Assembly: GCA_051047955.1 (NCBI GenBank)
Contig: JBPGPT010000012.1
Location: 62,001 to 126,000 of the forward strand
Direction of reading: 5' to 3'
Length of the DNA: 64,000 nt
Origin: Cystobasidiomycetes sp. EMM_F5
Lineage: Eukaryota
Both the position numbers and the translations under genes were made by a program. The notes beneath the pieces are model-generated. The model made no database searches. It saw only the letters and a program-made list of their open reading frames with translations, and was not told the DNA's origin. Below, in pieces: positions 51,577-64,000 of the stretch. The number at the start of each line of letters is the position of its first letter. Within the stretch, counting starts at the first letter, position 1.

Positions 51577-52810
51577 TCACAGGCTGACCTTACAGATTTC
51601 ATCCATGCGCACTGTCTGGGAGACGGTACTCGTCGATGAGATGGCAAACGGGGCTAGCGGACGCGCAGACCAGTCTATAGGCCCGCCTTGGTACACTCGG
51701 GGAGACGGCGTTTGCGACACGGCCGGAGAGAGCGGAGTACTGTAGCTTCGTGTATGACCATATGGAAATGATGGTATTATGCCTACTGCTGGTGATGCTG
51801 TCCGGGCTGGACTGCCGGGTATGTACAGACAGAGGCCGGATGGCGACTCGTTCGACATCGATGGATACGACATGGGCGAACTCTGAGCGCAGTCAGAAGC
51901 AAACATATAGCTCTGATGAACAATATGTGATTGATCTGTCGCGCTTTGGACATATCCAGGTATCGTGGTGTTGCTTGTGCGATGTGGGTCCCTAAAATTG
52001 TGGACTGGACCCGCAGAAGAGCCCGCAGCAATGCTGTAGTCGAGGGCTTTGTAGCTTCTTGAATATTGATAGGGTGCAACAGGAGACGCAGAGCTCAGTG
52101 CCGCTTCGTAATCGCTTGGCAGAGACGATGTCGAAGACGAATACTCGAAGTAGGTGTTTGGCGTAGCAAGCCCAGCGATATCTTCGTTGCTCTCGCTGAA
52201 AGCGCCATCGATATAGTGGCTATCGCCAATTGGCGACAAGTAATACGACTCGTCTACCGGCAGAGCTTGTATGTCAAGCTGAGGTGCTGCAACCGGCACA
52301 TCGGTCAGCCCGGTGACCTTGTTCTTTTTGACGCTGAATTTCCGGCCGAGTTTTGGCATCGATGGGGCAGATGGCAGTTTAGGCAGCGTCACTTTTATTC
52401 CTTTGGTACGATTCGCTTTGGACAAAGCCTTCTTTTCTCGAGCTACCAGATTTTCTTCCCTAAGACGCGGTCGGGTGAGTTGCGAACCTGGGAAACGGGG
52501 TCGAGCAGACTCACTTTGTAACAGCCACATACTCGCACTTAGTTCCTGCTGCTGTACATTTATTGCATATCCGCTCGCCGTCGCAGCGTATCTTTCTGCG
52601 AAGTGGCCAACTTATCAGCTTCGGGTCACTCGGCTTTTGAGGTTTCTGCCCGCACCGCATACGACATCTCCCGCACGCAAGCGTGATACGATTGCGCTTC
52701 TTGGAGTCTGCATCTCCATCATCACTGCTATCCCTGCTGGTGAATGGTCGTATCCCCAGCATGCTGGTTCCTCCATCCGAAGAGACGCTGAGACTCTTCG
52801 GCCTGGCCAT
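51577..52810 (-). CDS. Zn(II)2Cys6 transcription factor with an S/P-rich C-terminus
   Basis: Spliced cluster CGRCRMR|KIRCDGERICNKCTAAGTKC (CX2CX6CX5CX2CX6C), preceded by KKRNRITLA. The 3' end may have a further intron. Confidence 0.88.
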
Positions 52811-53952
52811 GTTCCGCACGTGTTCGTAGAAAGAGGGGGCGGCGTATGTTGCGACAGAAGAGGACTGGCTTCCAGCAATTCAGTCGACAGAAGCTGTTCT
52901 GTCAATGTCACAGCATGTGTTGGCTTGTCGTCTTTCGAAAGGCACTGTATGGCTGTTAGCAGCGCAAGTGAGGGAGCTGAAGGCGAAAAGAAGTGGCGGA
53001 TTCTTGTCAAACTCGCAACAGCAAGCAGCCTTCGGAAGAAACTGCAGGAGGTGGAGGAAACTGGCGAGGCAGAAACAGGAAAAGGGCAGATTTGGAGAAA
53101 GGGTGGTGCTGACGATAGAGGCCCTCCACCCAAGAATACGTCACTCTGATTGGCTGGGGAGAGAGATTTGGCAGAAACAATTAGATTCCGCGCGCTGCGC
53201 CTGACTTTCAGGCCAACTCGGTACGCGAGGCTTTGCCCAAAACTCGCAGCCCATAAATTGCCGCGTAAATTGACTGCGATTACCGAACGATCGGTCGGCT
53301 TAAAGATGACGATAAGACCGTTTTTCTCAAGCGGTTTAAATTTACCGCACGGTTCAGATAGCGGTTTTTTGAAGTGGTATACGCATGTTACGTATACAGC
53401 TGCAGCTGGTCACAGCCTCGCTACGGCCGGGAAGATCCCATTATCACTGGCTGCGACGCTCAAAAGTCTACATCGTTTATGCACAAGCTCGAGGCTTTCC
53501 AGGAGCAATGTAAACAACCGTCTTCTGCCCCCGCAAATTCCGCATAGCATCGCAAACAGATCTAGAGGATCTGCGACTGCACACGCTTGCAGCTGCAGGC
53601 AGTATGCGCACGTTCATGCGTTGACGCTCAACGCAAGCTCTTTCCACCAAGTCTCGCCCTTGGATTACAGCCACACTACTATTGTAGAGCTGTCCCAGCA
53701 GTGTAGACCTAGAGCTTGACCGTTACCGTATGATTTGGTTTGGCTGGCTCCGATTTGTCTCCGATTGCACGAGGTGGGGCCGGCGATCGAGGGGCTGGCC
53801 GGTCGAGACTGAAATGATCTACCGGGGCTCCGCTTTGCAGATACTCTCATCATAAGCTCTTTCAATTGTATTGGGCGTTTCCGAGGCTGTTGTCCGTGCC
53901 TTTTGCTGCAATTGTTTGGCTCGTAACATCAGTAGCAGCGCGCGTCCGTATA

Positions 53953-56900
53953 TCACGAAATGTAGGACATTATGAAGCCGTCGAGATGTTGCAGCAACGC
54001 TCGAGCGGTCACACGCTTGATGTCGGCCCGATACAATATTTCATCAAGGTGGTGTGTGCCGTCAAGCCAGGGCAGCATACTGAATATCGACACAGTCAAC
54101 ATCAGGCTTAAGAGAAAGTACAACTCGGGATTGACTGACCTGCGGAAGGTGCGCGTGATTGCTGATCCACCAGAAGCGGCCTCTAGATGAAGCTCGATTT
54201 CTGCAATCCACAACTCCTCCTCTGCCGTCGTCTCGGCAGGAGTCGCAATGATGGACGGCGCCGTGAGCGCTGACAGGAATATGCATCGCGACTTCTTGTC
54301 TTTGGAATGTCGAGCAGGTCGGTCGAAAGTGCCAAGATGGCTCTTCTTTGGATGAGCAGCTGCGGTCGCAGCCGCCGCAGACATGTACGGATAGCTTTGT
54401 GGGAAACTGCTTGGTAGCGGACTCCGCGGCACAGTATTCATACTCGGACCATCCGAAGATCCGGTTCGCTGGGTTGATGAGTTGGAAGTGATTGTGATAT
54501 TGGAATGTTCCGATACGCGCGATAGACTCTCCGACTCGTGAATGCTGGACAAGCCAGTATCACTCCTCTGAATAGGTCTACCAAACCTTGCGCTCCCGTC
54601 TTCGTCATCGCCATCGGTGGGGTCTCCTCCATTTGCGGAACCGTCCGATGACTCTCGGCGATGTTTCTGCCTCGCTTCCTCTCGCTCGTAAGCTTGCCTT
54701 TTGATGTCTGGCGAGGCTACCAAAACCATGTAAAGATGGGCCTGGACAATCAGTTCCCGCTGCAGCAACCACACTAGCGTCGCATTAGCCATCGACTTCG
54801 AGACATGCATTGCCTTGGTATGGACTTCAAAAGGCACCGGAGCAGACATTTCTGCGAGCAAAGTTGGAAGAGGCGGCATTTCGGGAAATTCGTGCGCAAA
54901 GGCAACTGCGTCGTTGGCGAAACTGTCGCAAGTAGCGTCAGCTACTGACATACTGACCGCTAAAAACTGAAGGAGACCAACGATCGCGGTAGCCCAGTCC
55001 CAGTCTCGCCGCAGGCTGGCATGTAAATCCCTTTGATGCTTATCGCGTCAATGAGGCGCGCCTTACGCCAGTAGATCAGATGTTCTGCGATCTCGATTAT
55101 TGTTTGAGTGTCAGTGTCGAGCAAGTGTTCGTACTCGGCAAAAGTAAGACTGGATATCAACAAGCATGTTTTCTTTAGGTGAAACGGGTGCGAATAACCA
55201 GCGAGTACTCACGTCGGATCGATGATTTGTAGGAATCGACAAAGTAGTCCCTCCGACTCGTCATCAATCTCTCGCAGCATTTCCTCCGGATCTCGTAAAG
55301 GCAGTAAAGTTTGCCAGGGGGCCAGGTCGAGATGTGAAGATTGGCCATGTAAAAGGCTGTGAGTTACAATGCTGACGAGCCTGGCAAAGCTGAGCCCATT
55401 GGCCGAGTTGGCGCCTTTGGGGTGTTGGTTTGACCGAAGATAGCCGTTGAACCTGCTATTAGAGGAAAGTCCGCCTAGAACCGAAGATAACACTCTCGCA
55501 TTAGCGAAGGATGGTCCGCGACTGTACATTGAGCCGGCAGGATTGCCGGCGGGACGAAAATTGTCTTGGAAGAGCTCAGTATGAAGCAGTACGGACATGT
55601 CAATGTCGTCGTTTAGGGTGAGATGCGCAATGCCGTCCTTCTTCATACTCTTGTAGAGAGACGCGAGCTGCGCACAAAGTGATGATCTCGTAATCAGATC
55701 CTCTATGTGCGGTGTCAACCCGGTCCCGGATTCGACTGCCTTTTCTCTGATGCTCAATATTGCTTCCGCCTCACGCGATACGTACGAGTCCCGCCTTTCT
55801 TCGTATTTAAGTCCTGCCATCAGTGGAACAACAATGTCGCGATAGTACACGCCGAGATGTTGGGAGAGATGCTGATCCGGGGGGTAGTCGATGACTAGGA
55901 CAACAGCCCAGGTATCGAGGGTAGCTGCCGGAGCGCCGGATGGCGACACATCGTACTGAGCTAGATGTCCCGATCCTGACGACACTTGCCGTCCACTTTT
56001 GTGTTGGAAGCCGACGGGATGCCCGTTATTGCGGCGGCTATCAGCGCTCAGGTCGCCGACTGATGTCGAGAGTTCCTCGATAGGAAGCGAACGGCCTTTT
56101 GAAAGAGTAGTCGACATGCTTGCTCCACCCAAGACCGAGCGAGCCAAGTCGGCTTTATTTGCCAAAGTACCAGGCATGTTACGATCAGGCTGGTATGAAT
56201 TCGACATCCTACGGCCTGCTCCAAGCGACTCTCTCGTTGCTGGCAGGATTGCGGATGCTGCAAGATTTGACAGCTGCGATGGATTCGCTATGGCGGGTAG
56301 CGGATTGAGCGAGCTTCTAGCAGGAACTGAACGTGATCCTCTGCGGGAAGGAAAGCCTGATGTTGACGTCGATGCAGCAGAAGAACTACCCCGCCGAGCT
56401 CGTCCAAGCCTTGCCGAGCGACTCAGAGCCCGCGGCAGAGACTCTGTATCGCTGGCGTCCGTGTGACTGGCAAGGCTCTCGTCTTCGTCTTCGCTGCTAT
56501 TTGTCAGAGCACTCTCGCTGACTCGAGTAGCCCCGCCTTCACGCTGATGGCGACGCCGTCGCGAAGGTGGGTCCTGTTGTATGTTCTCCTTCGTGGTCGT
56601 TCCGTGTTTTCCCCTTGTCGACTTTGCCTTGACGCTTGTTGGATGAGCGATGAATGCGAGATGGTTTATGACCATTTCGAAGCGCTTGTTGCATAGCTCC
56701 TTGCGCGGGCAAAGCAGAGTACCGAGCACGCCAGTATCGACTCCCAAATGATGCTTGAAAGTTTCCGTCTCCCGCTGTTCCTTTGTAGCATACTCGTCTT
56801 GGTCATGATACCACTCTCTTCTGCGAAGGGCAGAGTCCGAGTCTGGCATGTTGTCATTTCCGTACGAGAGCCTGTCTAGCTCGGCGTCCATGTCACTGTC

Positions 56901-57236
56901 GGCTTCTTCGCTGCTCGACGAGGACGATTCGCCGCGGATGAAGCGGGATCCAAGAATATCCAGACCGTGTTGTGCTAAATGAGCTTCTGCATCGTCATTA
57001 TCGTTGTCGTTGTTGTGCACCGACTCAGCGCTCCGGTGTTGACGTAGTCCGTTGCGCAATTCATCATCCGAGTTTCCTCCACTGCTGCGCTTCTGAGCAT
57101 CTCTGACAGCGCTCGACTTGCCATACAGTGGCTTCTGGACTCGCGGTGTTGCAGCAGCATTAGGCGGATATGCAAAAAGTAGCCGGGAACCGCTAGCCGA
57201 GCTTGCAACGAGCAAGACGGATAGCAGCGAGGCCAT
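53953..57236 (-). CDS. NPR3: Nitrogen permease regulator 3 (GATOR1/SEACIT subunit)
   Basis: LLSVLLVASSASGSRLLFAYPP, LLCPRKELCNKRFEMVINHLAFIAHP, GLKYEERRDSYVSRE, PWQTLL, AEHLIYWRKARLIDAI and PWLDGTHHLDEILYR. Confidence 0.92.
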
Positions 57237-57628
57237 TCTTCATTGATAGGGGTAAAAGTATTAGCACTAATGCGCGAAATGGGCGAGATTGGCTATCTTG
57301 ACTGTGCAACGTCGAGAAATGACGCTATTGCGACGCTTCTTTCTGCTACGGAATCAGCTAAACGGGGAGTATTTCGGAATCTCGACGCGATTTCAGTGTC
57401 TTGCGGCATGCAGGCACAGTCTCCGTTTGCCTGAAATCATGTTTTGACTCCAACCTAAGCCATCGTCGGTCGCCGCCACCAACTTTGGCCCCTGGAACCT
57501 CCTCGACGTCCACGCAACATGGACTTGACGACAATCCAACTAGGCCTGCGACTGTAACTTTCTGCCTGGTCACACCCACCAGACTCTGCACAAACGACAA
57601 GGACAACTGCCCATCTTTCCCGTCAGTC

Positions 57629-60595
<2,967 letters not shown>

Positions 60596-60886
60596 ACAAG
60601 GAAAGCCAAACGAAATTAGGCGATTGAATGAAGCAAAGTTTAGTGTTTTTAACAGTGCACGGCCCAACTGAGGTCTCTTCACTGTCTCGCGTGCTAGACT
60701 AGTTCTTACTGTATCCTGTAATAACACTGCAAGCTTCCGCAAGTGCAACGATGTGATTGTTTCGTGGTGCTTAGTCATCCAGTCTGGACCTGGCTGACGC
60801 GTTTGCGAGAGATGCAAAGGCTACTTCTGCTACAGTACTGATCTGCGAGACTTGGGAGAATTTCCTGATACTTGTGAACAGACGCC

Positions 60887-62419
<1,533 letters not shown>

Positions 62420-62560
62420 TGGCATGTCATTGGATCAGAAGGCTACCGCAGCTATTACATGTATCTTCAAACTTCCTGATCTATGCGATTGTCTACGCAA
62501 CAACAAGCTCAAACCACGGGCCACCACTGAGCCGACTGATGAAACTGTACTGACTGCCGA

Positions 62561-64000
62561 TCAAGCTGCTACGTAATGCCGAATTGCTTTTTCGAGAAGA
62601 CCAGCTTCTTTGATTGTCCATTCCTTCTCACACTCTGCTAGAATTTTGTCCCTCTTCTCTGGTACTATTTTTTTGACCTTGACGCTGAACAGTCCGCTGA
62701 TAGGCTTATGATCAGAGATATCCGCGGGCCAATCACGATACGCCAGTGGCGAGACCTTGCTACCATTCTGTAGTGGATTATGGGTCCTATACAGGATACG
62801 ATCGCACCACGCTGGTATACGTTCTTTTGCGGAGGTGTCGTAATTGTCGGTACCTCTTCAGTATGTTATCAGCTCGGTTTAGGCGCGATGCATGAGACAG
62901 CGACTTACGGATCATATTTGTAAGTTGGCGCGAATTTGATATCCGCTTCGCAAAAGCTGCGAAGTCGAAACCCTCGATTTGTCTTCATCTCCTTCAGTAG
63001 TTGATCGTGCTCTAGCAGCAGACTGTAATTCGCTGCTCGAACATTAGCCTGTACTACGCTCTTTGGCAAGTCGATGCGGTAGTTGAGATCCCCGCTTAGA
63101 AAGCATATTTCATGTTCGAACACAGTCTGACCCGGTCCATTGATGAATACTCCTGCTGACCGACTGGATGGCTGCAGGAATGCAGACTTGCTTTCGAGTA
63201 TATCGATGAGATCCTTGTTGCGTTGTCGCTTCGCACGTTGTCCCGCCTGTCCTTGCAGAGTCAGCCGAGAATCAGGATAGCGAATGCCTCAGAACCGACA
63301 GCTAGATGGCAATTGAGGAAGCAGATCGAACTATCGTCGAGAATGAGTCGTGCAAGAATCCCGCCCTGCTCCACAAGGTGAGTTGTGATCAGGTCAAATT
63401 GGCTTGTTGCGACCTACCTTGTTGCCGTATCGACCTCCCATTCCAGTCTTGACCTTTACGCTTGCAATGTCCGCTACACCTCTCATCTCGGTGTTGCGCA
63501 CAAAGATGCACATCAAGAGCCCCACCATGCTCTCGGCTATGATGACGGAGTACGGCGCAGTGGCCGGCAATGCTGTTCGTACCGCTTGCGCGAGGCAATC
63601 ATGCCATCTCTGGTATTGATGAGAGACATGATCTTGAAACTTGGTCTCCTGCTTCTTCAGCCCAAAGAGCATTGATTCTATACAAGAGCATCAGTTTCTG
63701 TACCTAGCAATGCCGCACCGGACTCACTGGCTGTGAGTTTCTTGTTCTCCAGATCAATGACCTCCTGCAAGCTGAAAGCAATAATCTCGGGGGGAGAGGT
63801 AGAAGCCGAAGCTGCGTCAAAGCTGGAAGTGAGCACGTCCTTCAGGAATGACGCACTCCTGTTCGAATTGAACAGCTCGGCAGGCTTGCTAGAATCGATG
63901 TTCCAAGAGCACACCAAACTCTTGATCTGCCGAAATTCGCAAAACTTGTTTTCCTTCAGAAGCATAGTCTTCTCCAGCCAATCAATCTGGAATAGGCCGT
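62561..64000 (-). CDS. Inositol polyphosphate 5-phosphatase; 3' part, starts beyond the window end
   Basis: CSWNIDS, FSLQEVIDLE, KTGMGGRYGNK|G, FLNCHLA, GDLNYRI, FAPTYKYD, PAWCDRILY and SDHKPI. Confidence 0.93.

Overview
Gene-dense, intron-rich fungal genomic DNA. It is inferred to be from a basidiomycete yeast, based on short GT-AG introns with CTRAC-like branch sites, eEF3, a Zn2Cys6 factor and Shr3. I can support about 28 spliced protein-coding genes, mostly housekeeping: two MFS transporters, eEF3, an Iml2/TTC39-like TPR protein, an NDR/LATS-type kinase, Ies6, cytosolic GluRS, an ERI1-like exonuclease, Gid4, an M50B peptidase-like protein, a Ran1/Pat1-like kinase, RPA2, Mdm20, Sur2, Spt3, Coa3, a SET protein, CIA30, two tandem secreted alpha/beta hydrolases, Shr3, a Zn2Cys6 factor, Npr3, Cdc48, Rpt3, an inositol 5-phosphatase and two orphans. 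I recognised no tRNA, rRNA, transposon or CRISPR array. The best leads are: an NDR kinase with a LATS-like insert signature and a splice-assembled N-terminal CRIB-like motif; tandem GPI-type hydrolases with non-canonical nucleophile elbows; an M50B protein with a mucin-like ectodomain and a Cys-Cys substitution; Cdc48 with a shifted C-terminal tyrosine; and a long, ATG-depleted, intron- and uORF-containing leader before the Ran1-like kinase. Gene models were assembled by eye. Outer coordinates span introns and some start codons are uncertain.
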